NCBI GenBank assembly: GCA_012295275.1
Contig: CM022665.1
Span: 44,888,001-44,952,000 of the forward strand
DNA: 64,000 nucleotides
Source of the DNA: Chrysomallon squamiferum
Taxonomy: Eukaryota; Animalia; Mollusca
Reading direction: 5' to 3'
Below, piece after piece: positions 29,882-42,514 of this stretch. The notes under the pieces are model-generated. The model did not search any database and was not told the DNA's origin. It saw only the letters and a program-made list of their open reading frames with translations. How positions within the stretch are numbered: the stretch's first letter is position 1; each line of letters begins with the position of its first letter. The translations under genes and the position numbers were made by a program.

Positions 29882-32138
29882 TTAACAATCGTTTTTGTAC
29901 TTGGCGAAAATGTTCATTTGTGTCTCTGGAATCGTCTCAGTGAACATTACATCAAACGGCTGGGATTCCGGTATGTAGAATTTAAACCGTTTGTTATCTG
30001 GTGTATCGTCGTCGGGTTCGGTTCCAGTCGTTATGTACAATGGATCAATGTCTTCGTTGTCTATGGTGGTTTCATCTGCTGTTACATCATCTGTATCTCG
30101 TTTTCGTTTTGTTCCTTTGGTATCGTCAGTATCTTTAACACTGTGTCGTTGTTGAGACTTTATGAATAAATCCTGCGATGGATGGTAGCACGGTTCTTCA
30201 TCTTCAGAATCTGATATTTCTATATACTGTATTTCATCATGTTTAAATTCAGCTGTTACGTTCATGTTCGGATCCGTGATACAGTCTGTTTTTAAAACAG
30301 ACTGACTGTCGTCAAAGTTATCTGTGAAATAACTAAGACGTCCATCAAATGTGTTGTCGTTTATAGAGTTATTGTTTTTGTTCACAAAATAGTCTCTATC
30401 ATTTTCCAATGCTACATTTATCTCGTCTTCAGATGGTTCTCTACCTATTATAAATAACTTTGGATGTAGTAATCCGTAACATTGCTTCAGTATATCACTC
30501 CGTCTTAAATTTTGGATAAGATAAAGTCTTGTTTTCATTATGCTAATTTGCGAGTTTGTGAGACCATCACCGAATTTGTTATTGGAGTTTAGTAGGCAGA
30601 TGTTTGCTCTACAATAACATGGTGTGGTCCCCTTCCTCTCACAAGTAGCTTTGCTACCACTTAATAGGTCTTTGTATTTATCAATGTTGGTCTGGGTGAT
30701 TGCAATTTCTTCTCCTAAGACGACTTTCTTCCCTCCTAGCATCTGCCAGGGAAAGTTGTCTTTGGCAATTTTCCCTGACGTTGCCAGACATTCGAACATC
30801 GAGCTCGTGATCATTGTTTTCCGCTGTCGGACTCGCCTTGGAAGTACATTCCCACTTTTTTTTTTCCTTTCCCTTTTAACAATCCCACGAATAGACAGAA
30901 CAGCCATCTCTCCTCTATCCCTTGCTCTCTACACCAACTGTTGTACATTTTCAAGCTGTCTTCTGGTGTCATGTATTGATCTATATTATCACTTAAGGCT
31001 GAAATCTGTTCGAAAGCGGACTTATCTGATTGTTCTTCAATGTATTTCGATCTTGCTGCTTGAAATAGTTTATCTCCTGAGGTGTTGGCCACGGAGTTAC
31101 AGAGTGCTTTAAACTCGTTGGAACTAGGATCAAACTTGCTGATTAACATGTTCAGTTTTGTAATTTCTGGATATTGTTTTATTAATTGATAGAAGAAATC
31201 GACAGTTTCTGCGGACTTGTTGTTCACCAAATGACTGGGAATTGTTACGTTATCTGAGGTAGTCCGTTCCTGATTGGATGTATTCATTGTTTCTGCTTTG
31301 ATCATAGTATCCAATACTTCAATATCTCTTTTAGATTCTTTTGATGTCATACCGACATATTGTTGTTTATGTCCTAATTGTTCTTTGCGTTTCTGTTATC
31401 GCCGCCGCACGTATCGGCGTTCTCTTTCCTGACCGGATCCCGTATTTTCGACAGGCGAATGTCAGTGTCCAATGATCCGTTGTCGGTCTTATCAAAAAAA
31501 TCATTTAAAATGTTAACTATATCGGCATCGTGTTCGTTGCTTTTTTTTTCGACATCATTCCAGATGGAAAGCATTTTCTCATCATTGGTTCCCAGAAAGA
31601 GTTTATCGCAATCATTTTGAAGATATGCGATGTAGTTTTGAATCGATGTTTCTTGCGGTGACTTTAATTTCATGATTTTCACGTATCCCTTTTCATTCAA
31701 AACCGCTCTGTGCATCCGTCTATATTGGCGGTCTTGCGACGGGGTTTTCATGGACGTTTTCCATATAATATGTACATGCGTACCATAGGTTGCATGGTTT
31801 ACATCTAAAGTACACTCTTTCTGGTGATAAACCAGCAATGTTTTCCAGTTTTTGTTCCTGAGAAATGATTTCAACTCTAATATCACTCTATCTTGTCCCT
31901 TCGATAGACACTCATGACTAGGCGTCGCCCAATGGTCCACCGTCTTGTCCAGGATGTCTTGCGGGTCCATTTGATAAGACTTTATGAACTTGTTTCCGGC
32001 GGAACATACATAATTTCCGTCTTTGTCTTTGGCAAGATATCTGGGGACAAGAAACTTGGGGTGGACCATGTCGTAGTTGACGTGTCCAACAACTACGCTG
32101 TAGAATGAAGATTCAGCACTTTCGATGAAACGATCCAT
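29882..32138 (-). CDS. NS1: NS1-like replication initiator (HUH endonuclease + SF3 helicase), genome A, with two frameshifts
   Basis: HUH motif GTHVHIIW, tyrosine motif YIAYL, Walker A GESDSGK/T, Walker B VVLGEE, B' KDLLSGSKATCERKG and motif C CLLNSN. Split over ORFs 31374-32138, 30811-31350 and 29882-30907; the second break is in an A-run. Confidence 0.9.
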
Positions 32139-32224
32139 CGTTATGGTTGACTGGTAGTTTAATACGTTAAAAGGTGAGCAATGTCTATGTTTGAATAAAA
32201 TTCAAGTCGACGATTGTGAAGATT

Positions 32225-32300
32225 TTAGAACAGCGATCTTTATTTATAACGGTTGATACATGACGTCACATTAATGACGTAATATGGCGTACGTGACGAT
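32225..32300 (-). promoter_or_regulatory. Putative NS1 promoter: TATAAATAAA preceded by CRE-like TGACGTCA / TTACGTCA
   Basis: tttatttata 32239-32248, tgacgtca 32261-32268 and tgacgtaa 32275-32282. The same arrangement occurs in C and D. Confidence 0.7.
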
Positions 32301-32367
32301 AATAACGTTCTATTAAGTAAAGACTAATAACTGTATTACTACGCTACGTATATGAACTATTTACATA

Positions 32368-34492
32368 TTAAATTGGATAAGACCAATCTGCATTATCGCC
32401 TGTTATTGGAACAGTTCTATCGCCATACGCACCATGCAATGGCCATAATTGTCTACGTCTAGCTTTACGGGAATCGTAATTACACCATATAGGTGCGAGT
32501 AATCGCATGCTCCATGTTTTAGCAATACGTGTTTTATAATTGGCTGCATTTTCATCTTCGAACTGATCCTGTTCTGTGTGTTTAACATGTTCTTTGTTTC
32601 CCATTATATTTAGATGACCCGTTTTATATGCTAAACCTTTCATGGTCGGTCCTGGACATCCACCTAAGCCTATTGGTATGTATTTCGGACACATGCCAGT
32701 TCGAACCAAAAACTCTACCTCGCTATAATACGTTATTTGTATATTAGCATGATAGTTAAAAAACATAACAGATCCACTAGTTGTCTTTTCTATGTCCAGA
32801 TACAAACCAATTAAAAATATAGGTGGTCTGTTGCACTGAAAGGTTCGTCTGTGAGTACCATCTTTGCATGCATCTACATTAGGATTATTAGCATTGTTGT
32901 GCATTACACCTTGATTACTCAATTTAGTTCCTCCATCATCCACCATTGACGGTGCACCTAACACATTAGATGTAAGGTTAGTTATAGAACCTGTGTAATT
33001 GTACTTTCCGATATTGATGGTTAAAATAGCAACATATGGCCGTACCCATTGGATGCTGTGTAGTATTTGTAACTACAATATCGTGCGTTGGCCAGACTTC
33101 TAGATTACCTTTGTTTTCATTAGAACACTGATATTTGCTCTTTTTAATTATGCCTGACACATCTGTGAAATTTAATGTACATGACGTTTCTGACGGAAAC
33201 AACACTAGCGGAGAATCCTTACATGTGTAATCTAATGCAAATCCACCAGCACTTATGACGGTCTCTCTATATCCATCGTGCTTTTTCATATCGTAAATAT
33301 AATTAGGTGTTTCAGCAGTATAAGTTTGACCGTCACCTGTCCACGCTGAATTCAACATTTGCATTGCCATATCGCTCGGTAAAAACAAGTGTCTGTCTGG
33401 CTGTTCAGGTATAGCTCTATGTTTCGTGTTATCCATGCATTCTTCGTCTTTAAACCAATTATTGTGATGTAATTCTAAATTATTTTCAGGTAAACCGTAA
33501 TCATTATTAATGTCGGTAAACGTCCATATACGTGCATTAGGTGGAGCCATCACAGGTACTTCATTTGGATCAGCTTTATTATTATTTAGCACATGTATAA
33601 TCATGTTATTGATGCTGAACCCGAATTTTCGTATCTTATAACCTAAGAAATCATCAGGTAAGTTCCAATCATCTGGTTTGGTGCTGGCATTCTTATACCA
33701 ATAAGGTATAATATGTCCACCGTGATTAAAGGTGAATTTACATATAGCAGGATCAGCAATAGCGTTCTTCCAGTTAACATTTTCTGTATTGTTATCTAAT
33801 ATTTCCATGGTAGCCTTTCGTGTTTTAACAAAATTAATAGTACTAGTAAATGTTCGTTTAAACGTTTTTTTGACAGTTATGTATCGTGGATTCATACACT
33901 TAGTAGTACCACCGAATCCTTGATACAATATATTATTACCGGTAGCGGAAGCCATAGGTGACCCTTCAACAGCTTCACTGCCGCCGGTATCTGTAACTTC
34001 TTCGTTCATAATACTGTCCGGTTCCATAACCGATTCTTGTGGTTGCAGATAGGTACCTTTCGAATTTGTTTTATCCAACACATCTTGAGATACTGTATTA
34101 GACAACTGTTTGTTATTCGGTAACTTAGCGTTACTTCCGCCTGCAGGCTCATCAGATTGACGTTTCATAGCTTGTTTATCACTATGTCCGGATGTGAGTT
34201 GTTGATCTCTTGGTTGTTGTACGTCGTCTTCGTATAAAGGGGTGCCGAAAGGGTCGTCTTCGTCCGAATCTTCAATACCGTGAAAGTCTTGCCCAATATT
34301 CTGAATTGCCTGATAGAAATCGTTATTAGGAATTTGTAAATTTGGATACTGACGTCTGACTTGTAACCACTGTTGCTGTCGTTCTGCGTAGGGGACATTT
34401 AGATCTGCTAGTTTAGCAAATGCTTTAGCTTTAGCTATAGCCCAGAGTCTCGTTACGTCCTTTTTATTCAATAGTCGTTTTCCTTTATTCAT
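32368..34492 (-). CDS. Putative capsid protein VP (~707 aa), genome A, with one frameshift near 33000
   Basis: ORFs 32978-34492 and 32368-32964 align end to end with the intact 707-aa ORF 56960-59083. Capsid identity is inferred from size, composition and position between ITRs next to NS1. Confidence 0.75.
34165..34398 (-). CDS. Overprinted 77-aa ORF in an alternative frame of the VP 5' region (genome A)
   Basis: ATG, length and sequence are conserved in lineages A, B and C. Confidence 0.7.
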   Translation of the reverse strand: MSPTQNDSNSGYKSDVSIQIYKFLITISIRQFRILGKTFTVLKIRTKTTLSAPLYTKTTYNNQEINNSHPDIVINKL

Positions 34493-34857
34493 GAAACTTG
34501 ACTGGTCCTGTACATATAGGACACGTTTTCGTCTTCTTCCTCTTCTAAATACTGACGTTCAGATGGAGAGACGTTATCGTCAATGTCTTTTCCACTATCA
34601 GAAGAAATTAAATCGCCAACCTGATTTAAAGCCTCCTGAATCTGGTTTTTAGTAAAAGTTGAAATACCTTCTACAGATGCTTCAACGATAGATTGTCCAA
34701 TAGCTGTAACAGGCTCTAAAATGGCACTTTCAGTTCCGATTATTTCAGCTATAGCCGGAGCAGTAGTTTCCAAAATAGCAGATGTAGCTAATTCAACAGA
34801 TGCATCAAAAGCAAACTCAATTATTTCAGTAGCTATTAGTCCCAACGCTGTGAACAT
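34489..34857 (-). CDS. 122-aa acidic/hydrophobic small protein upstream of VP (genome A)
   Basis: MFTAL..IATEIIE.AFDASV is conserved in A, B and C. Its stop overlaps the VP start (ATGA). Confidence 0.8.
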   Translation of the reverse strand: MFTALGLIATEIIEFAFDASVELATSAILETTAPAIAEIIGTESAILEPVTAIGQSIVEASVEGISTFTKNQIQEALNQVGDLISSDSGKDIDDNVSPSERQYLEEEEDENVSYMYRTSQVS

Positions 34858-34956
34858 CCTATGAACACAACATCAACATAAATAAAAACGTTTATCATAC
34901 ACAACAGATTATATAGTATTATTAAATGTCACGTGATATGTTGCGTCACACGTCAC

Positions 34957-35499
34957 GTGATCAAAATCGTGACCTGATAGATTCTAACCTAACTCTTGTT
35001 ATTGTAAAAAAAACAAAGTGTAACAGATCGTTGGTTTTTCGCTTTTGGCTTTCAAAGCCACAATGTACTTTTAAGTGTACTTTTATCCCGAAGGTGATTT
35101 GGCTCCTTCGGGCTACGCCCGAGCCCGAAGGATCATAAGATAAAAGTACACTTAAGTGCATTATGGTCATGAAAGCCAAAAGCCAAAAGCGAGCGGTATG
35201 TATACTTTTTTTTTTTTTTTTTTTACAATAACAAGAGTTAATTCTAACCTAACTCTTGTTATTGTAAAAAAAACAAAGTGTTAAAGATCGTTGGTTTTTC
35301 GCTTTTGGCTTTCAAAGCAACAATGTACTTTTAAATGTACTTTTATCTTATGATCCTTCGGGCTCGGGCGTAGCCCGAAGGAGCCAAATCACCTTCGGGA
35401 TAAAAGTACATTTAAAAGTACATTGTTGCTTTGAAAGCCAAAAGCGAAAAACCAACGATCTTTAACACTTTGGTTTTTTTACAATAACAAGAGTTAGGT
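34957..35499. repeat. Genome A right ITR plus a second A-type hairpin in the opposite (flop) orientation
   Basis: The tip at ~35078-35150 is the reverse complement of the tip at ~35337-35410, and each is flanked by palindromic arms. Confidence 0.88.
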
Positions 35500-35632
35500 A
35501 ATAAAACAAAGTTCCTCATGATCGCTCGTTTTTGGTTTTTGGTCTTGAAAGCCAAATGTACTTTTAGCCTAAAAGTGATTAAGCTCCTTCGGGCGAAGCC
35601 TGAGCCCTAAGGATCATATGCTAAAAGTTCAT
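35500..35632. repeat. C-type ITR (outer arm and tip), probably the displaced left end of genome C
   Basis: Matches the tip at 59605-59708 (gcctaaaagtgattaagctcct..gggcgaagcctgagccctaaggatcatatgc) and carries aaagttcctcat, the complement of atgaggaacttt at ~59750. Confidence 0.85.
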
Positions 35633-38190
35633 TTTAGCTACAAACGCTATAATAGAATCTACAGCTCCAGCAATTTCTGAATTGATTGGTGCTGAAAGTG
35701 TTTTATTGGAACCAGCTACAGCCGTTGGTCAATCGATAGTAGAAGCTTCAGTTGAAGGAATATCTAGCTATACCAAGAACCAGATTGAAGAAGCTTTGAA
35801 TCAATTTGGTGAATTTGTATCTGAAAATAACGGTAAAGATTTGAACGAACAAATCACACCTGCTGAAAGACATTTGTTACAAGAAGAAGAAGGTGAAAAC
35901 GCTACATATTTAAATAGACATAATCAGATTTCATGATTAAAGGAAAGCAAAAATTAAGTGGAAAAGCTATCAATAGACTTTGGGCTGCCGCAAAAGCTAC
36001 ATTGTTTGATAAATTAGCTGATCAAAATGTCCCCTACAGAGAAAGACAGCAACAATGGTTACAGATCAGACGTCAGTATCCGAATATACAAGTTCCTAAT
36101 AGAAATTTCTATCAGGCAATTCAAGATCTTTGGCAAAACTATAACGCTATTGAAGATTCGGACGAAGACGACGTTAAAAGCCCCTCTATACTCGCAAACG
36201 ATGTACAACGACCAAGAGATAAGCAATTCTCGTCCGGATATAGTAATCAACAAGTTATGAAAAGACCATCTGATGAACCGTACGGTGGTAGTTCTGCCAA
36301 AAGAATGAATAACAGACAATTATCTAATGTAGTTTCACAAGACATTTTGGAGCAATCCAATTCCAAAGGTACTTATTTACAACCAGAAGAATCAGTCATG
36401 GAACCTAACAGTATCATGAATGAAGAAGTCACAGATACTGGAGGATCTGAAGCTGTCGAAGGAGCTCCCATGGCATCAGCTACTGGTAATAACGTATTGT
36501 ACCAAGGTTTCGGTGGAACTACCAAAGGATCAGATCCTAGATATATTACTATTAAAAGACATTCAAACGTACATTTAATAGTAGTATATATTTTACTAAA
36601 TCAGGAAAGCTGAAATGAAGATATTAGATAATAATACTGACGATGTTAACTGGAAAAAAGCTATTGGAGATCCCAACGTGTGCCAATTTACATTCAATCA
36701 CGGAGGACATATTATACCATATTGGTATAAAGCTGCCAGCACGACTCCAGAAGATTGGAACCTGCCAGACGAATTCATCGGATACAGAGTTAAAAAAGAT
36801 CGGTTTTAGTATAAATAATATGGTTATTCATGTACTGAACAATAATAAAACCGATCCTAACGAAGTTCCAGTGATGGCTCCTCCTAATGCAAGAGTTTGG
36901 ACATTCACAGACATTAATAACGATTATGGTTTACCTGAAAAGAATCTAATGTTACATCATAATCATTATTTTAGAGACGAAGAATGTATGGATAGTGCTA
37001 GTGAAAGAAGTATTCCTGTACAACCTGATCGTAACCTATTCATGCCAAGTGATATTGCTATGCAAATATTAAATCATGCTTGGAACGGTGATGATGATGG
37101 TGTTACTTATAAGGCTGAGTCTCCAAATTACATATATAATATGAAAAGACACGATGGTTATCGTGAGACTGTCATAAGTGCGGGAGGCTTTGCTTTAGAC
37201 TATACTTGCAAAGACTCACCGTTAATATTATTTCCAACTGAAACGTCTCATACTTTAAATTTTACAGATATTAGTGGTTTATGTCAAAAGAAACAGTATC
37301 AATGTGCAAATGAAAACAAAGGTAATTTGGAGGTCTGGCCTACTCATGATATAATAGTTACAGATGAATCTAAACATCCCATGGGAACGGCTATATGTTG
37401 CTATTTTAATCATCAGTATAGAAGAATACATTATACAGCATGTTTTCAAAACAAAGCTTCAAATAAGCTTGGTGCTCCTTCTATGGTAGATGATGGAGGT
37501 ACCAAGTATAGTAATTCAGGTGTCATGCATAACAATGCAAACAATCCAAACGTAGATGCTTGTAAAGATGGGTCGCATAGGCGTACTTATCAGTGTAACA
37601 GACCTCCCATATTTCTGATTGGTCTATATCCAGATATAGAAAAAACGAGTGGAGGTAATACACTGTTTTTTAATTACAATGCGAATATTCAGATCACTTA
37701 TTACAGTGAAGTTGAATTTGTCATTAGAACTGGAATGTGTCCAAAGTACATTCCAATCGGTTTGGGTGGATGTCCAGGCAATATGTTAGGATTAACTTAT
37801 AAAAAGGTGAATCTACTCCCATGGGTAATAAGGATAACGTTACACATACCGAACAAGATCAGTTCTTGGGTGAAACAGTTGAAAAATATAAAGAAAGAAT
37901 TCAGAAAACATGGAAGATGAGATGCTTTGCTCCCACTTGGGATAATTGGAATAGACGTAGAAATAGACGTAGACAGTTATGGCCAGTACATGGTGCATAT
38001 GGCGACAGGACGGTCGAAACCATGGGAAATGCTTTTGATTGGTCATATCCAATTTAAATAATTTATTAATATGTAAATATGTTTAATTATTATTAACATG
38101 TAAATATATTAACATTTGAAATAAAGATTTTAAAAATTAAAATGACTATGTTATTTATTATACTTAATTTAAATATCTATAAATAGATTA
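35633..38190 (+). mobile_element. Capsid-only unit B1 (inverted): 5'-truncated sORF to 35936, VP 35933-38057 frameshifted
   Basis: Reverse complement of B2-B6. It begins mid-sORF at ttagctacaaacgct and has no NS1. Confidence 0.88.
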
Positions 38191-39293
38191 AAAAAGACAG
38201 ATGATGATAGATCACATCAACTCTTGTTATTTATGAAAAACTCTTGATACACTAAGATCGCTTTTGGCTTTCATAATCACATGATAAGTCACGTGACACA
38301 TCATCGCACACGTGGTCTGAATCTGGTATGATGATATACCCCAACTCAACTCTTGTGTAATTTTTAAAAAACAATTACTTTTAACTTATGACCACAGGTC
38401 ACGGGCTACGCCCGAAGGAACTAGTCACTTCAGGTTAAAAGTACATATTGGCTTTCAAGATCAGAAAACCAGAAAACCGGGAAAGTTATACATTGTTTTT
38501 TAAAAATTACACAAGAGTTGAGTTGGGGTATATCATCATACCAGATTCAGACCACGTGTGCGATGATGTGTCACGTGACTTATCATGTGATTATGAAAGC
38601 CAAAAGCGATCTTAGTGTATCAAGAGTTTTTCATAAATAAATAACAAAGTTGATGATGATATCACAAATCTTGAAAGCCAATATGTACTTTTAACTTATG
38701 ACCACAGGTCACGGGCTACGCCCGAAGGAACTAGTCACTTCAGGTTAAAAGTACATATTGGCTTTCAAGATCAGAAAACCAGAAAACCGGGAAAGTTATA
38801 CATTGTTTTTTAAAAATTACACAAGAGTTGAGTTGGGGTATATCATCATACCAGATTCAGACCACGTGTGCGATGATGTGTCACGTGACTTATCATGTGA
38901 TTATGAAAGCCAAAAGCGATCTTAGTGTATCAAGAGTTTTTCATAAATAACAAGAGTTGATGTGATATCACAAATCTTGAAAGCCAATATGTACTTTTAA
39001 CTTATGACCACAGGTCACGGGCTACGCCCGAAGGAACTAGTCACTTCAGGTTAAAAGTACATATTGGCTTTCAAGATCAGAAAACCAGAAAACCGGGAAA
39101 GTTATACATTGTTTTTTAAAAATTACACAAGAGTTGAGTTGGGGTATATCATCATACCAGATTCAGACCACGTGTGCGATGATGTGTCACGTGACTTATC
39201 ATGTGATTATGAAAGCCAAAAGCGATCTTAGTGTATCAAGAGTTTTTCATAAATAACAAGAGTTGATGTGATCTATCATCATCTGTCTTTTTT
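38191..39293. repeat. B-type ITR cluster with three hairpin tips at the tail-to-tail B1/B2 junction
   Basis: ttatgaccacaggtcacgggctacgcccgaaggaactagtcacttcagg occurs at ~38386, ~38696 and ~39002 in ~300-bp direct repeats. Confidence 0.9.
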
Positions 39294-42048
39294 AATCTAT
39301 TTATACATATTTAAATTAAGTATAATAAATAACATAGTCATTTTAATTTTTAAAATCTTTATTTCAAATGTTAATATATTTACATGTTAATAATAATTAA
39401 ACATATTTACATATTAATAAATTATTTAAATTGGATATGACCAATCAAAAGCATTTCCCATGGTTTCGACCGTCCTGTCGCCATATGCACCATGTACTGG
39501 CCATAACTGTCTACGTCTATTTCTACGTCTATTCCAATTATCCCAAGTGGGGAGCAAAGCATCTCATCTTCCATGTTTTCTGAATTCTTTCTTTATATTT
39601 TTCAACTGTTTCACCCAAGAACTGATCTTGTTCGGTATGTGTAACGTTATCCTTATTACCCATGGGAGTAGATTCACCTTTTTATAAGTTAATCCTAACA
39701 TATTGCCTGGACATCCACCCAAACCGATTGGAATGTACTTTGGACACATTCCAGTTCTAATGACAAATTCAACTTCACTGTAATAAGTGATCTGAATATT
39801 CGCATTGTAATTAAAAAACAGTGTATTACCTCCACTCGTTTTTTCTATATCTGGATATAGACCAATCAGAAATATGGGAGGTCTGTTACACTGATAAGTA
39901 CGCCTATGCGACCCATCTTTACAAGCATCTACGTTTGGATTGTTTGCATTGTTATGCATGACACCTGAATTACTATACTTGGTACCTCCATCATCTACCA
40001 TAGAAGGAGCACCAAGCTTATTTGAAGCTTTGTTTTGAAAACATGCTGTATAATGTATTCTTCTATACTGATGATTAAAATAGCAACATATAGCCGTTCC
40101 CATGGGATGTTTAGATTCATCTGTAACTATTATATCATGAGTAGGCCAGACCTCCAAATTACCTTTGTTTTCATTTGCACATTGATACTGTTTCTTTTGA
40201 CATAAACCACTAATATCTGTAAAATTTAAAGTATGAGACGTTTCAGTTGGAAATAATATTAACGGTGAGTCTTTGCAAGTATAGTCTAAAGCAAAGCCTC
40301 CCGCACTTATGACAGTCTCACGATAACCATCGTGTCTTTTCATATTATATATGTAATTTGGAGACTCAGCCTTATAAGTAACACCATCATCATCACCGTT
40401 CCAAGCATGATTTAATATTTGCATAGCAATATCACTTGGCATGAATAGCTTACGATCAGGTTGTACAGGAATACTTCTTTCACTAGCACTATCCATACAT
40501 TCTTCGTCTCTAAAATAATGATTATGATGTAACATTAGATTCTTTTCAGGTAAACCATAATCGTTATTAATGTCTGTGAATGTCCAAACTCTTGCATTAG
40601 GAGGAGCCATCACTGGAACTTCGTTAGGATCGGTTTTATTATTGTTCAGTACATGAATAACCATATTATTTATACTAAAACCGATCTTTTTAACTCTGTA
40701 TCCGATGAATTCGTCTGGCAGGTTCCAATCTTCTGGAGTCGTGCTGGCAGCTTTATACCAATATGGTATAATATGTCCTCCGTGATTGAATGTAAATTGG
40801 CACACGTTGGGATCTCCAATAGCTTTTTTCCAGTTAACATCGTCAGTATTATTATCTAATATCTTCATTTCAGCTTTCCTGGATTTAGTAAAATATATAC
40901 TACTATTAAATGTACGTTTGAATGTCTTTTAATAGTAATATATCTAGGATCTGATCCTTTGGTAGTTCCACCGAAACCTTGGTACAATACGTTATTACCA
41001 GTAGCTGATGCCATGGGAGCTCCTTCGACAGCTTCAGATCCTCCAGTATCTGTGACTTCTTCATTCATGATACTGTTAGGTTCCATGACTGATTCTTCTG
41101 GTTGTAAATAAGTACCTTTGGAATTGGATTGCTCCAAAATGTCTTGTGAAACTACATTAGATAATTGTCTGTTATTCATTCTTTTGGCAGAACTACCACC
41201 GTACGGTTCATCAGATGGTCTTTTCATAACTTGTTGATTACTATATCCGGACGAGAATTGCTTATCTCTTGGTCGTTGTACATCGTTTGCGAGTATAGAG
41301 GGGCTTTTAACGTCGTCTTCGTCCGAATCTTCAATAGCGTTATAGTTTTGCCAAAGATCTTGAATTGCCTGATAGAAATTTCTATTAGGAACTTGTATAT
41401 TCGGATACTGACGTCTGATCTGTAACCATTGTTGCTGTCTTTCTCTGTAGGGGACATTTTGATCAGCTAATTTATCAAACAATGTAGCTTTTGCGGCAGC
41501 CCAAAGTCTATTGATAGCTTTTCCACTTAATCTTTGCTTTCCTTTAATCATGAAATCTGATTATGTCTATTTAAATATGTAGCGTTTTCACCTTCTTCTT
41601 CTTGTAACAAATGTCTTTCAGCAGGTGTGATTTGTTCGTTCAAATCTTTACCGTTATTTTCAGATACAAATTCACCAAATTGATTCAAAGCTTCTTCAAT
41701 CTGGTTCTTGGTATAGCTAGATATTCCTTCAACTGAAGCTTCTACTATCGATTGACCAACGGCTGTAGCTGGTTCCAATAAAACACTTTCAGCACCAATC
41801 AATTCAGAAATTGCTGGAGCTGTAGATTCTATTATAGCGTTTGTAGCTAAACCAACTGATGCATCAAATGCGTACTCTATAATCTCTGTTGCAATAATGC
41901 CTAACGCAGTGAACATGCTATCTCATCGAACGATTATGATAGAATGACATTAAAATTTAAATGCAATCAGATACATACAGTTATACCGGATATGACGTTA
42001 TAATCATATTTAAAATTTAAAATAAATGACGTTATATGTCACGTGATT
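39294..42048 (-). mobile_element. Capsid-only unit B2: sORF 41548-41916, VP 39426-41551 (frameshifted), overprinted ORF 41224-41457
   Basis: ORF track plus alignment with VP of genome C. ITRs on both sides and no NS1. Confidence 0.9.
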
Positions 42049-42514
42049 GAAAAAGACAGATGATGATAGATCACATCAACTCTTGTTATTTATGAAAAAC
42101 TCTTGATACACTAAGATCGCTTTTGGCTTTCATAATCACATGATAAGTCACGTGACACATCATCGCACACGTGGTCTGAATCTGGTATGATGATATACCC
42201 CAACTCAACTCTTGTGTAATTTTTAAAAAACAATTACTTTTAACTTATGACCACAGGTCACGGGCTACGCCCGAAGGAACTAGTCACTTCAGGTTAAAAG
42301 TACATATTGGCTTTCAAGATCAGAAAACCAGAAAACCGGGAAAGTTATACATTGTTTTTTAAAAATTACACAAGAGTTGAGTTGGGGTATATCATCATAC
42401 CAGATTCAGACCACGTGTGCGATGATGTGTCACGTGACTTATCATGTGATTATGAAAGCCAAAAGCGATCTTAGTGTATCAAGAGTTTTTCATAAATAAC
42501 AAGAGTTGATGTGA
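42049..42514. repeat. B-type ITR (single shared palindrome)
   Basis: Arms catcaactcttgtt.. and ..aacaagagttgatg flank the tip at ~42245-42293. Confidence 0.9.

Larger units (their letters stand above)
29282..35240 (-). mobile_element. Genome A: complete ~5.9-kb homotelomeric parvovirus-like genome (ITR-sORF-VP-NS1-ITR)
   Basis: The left arm 29357-29507 is the near-exact reverse complement of the right arm ~34957-35108, and together they enclose sORF, VP and NS1. Confidence 0.9.

Noticed and set aside
29882-32138. Three separate NS genes, or programmed frameshifting, in genome A
   Set aside because: C is continuous across these points and D breaks elsewhere, so these are indels or errors in a single NS1.
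38191-39293. CRISPR-like or tRNA-like repeat array
   Set aside because: The repeats are ~300-bp copies of the viral ITR with no unique spacers, in a eukaryotic context with no cas genes.
41165-41425. Recurrent antisense 86-aa ORF (MSVIHSF..) and other short antisense ORFs
   Set aside because: They recur only because the B copies are near-identical and are not conserved in A or C, unlike the 77-aa ORF.
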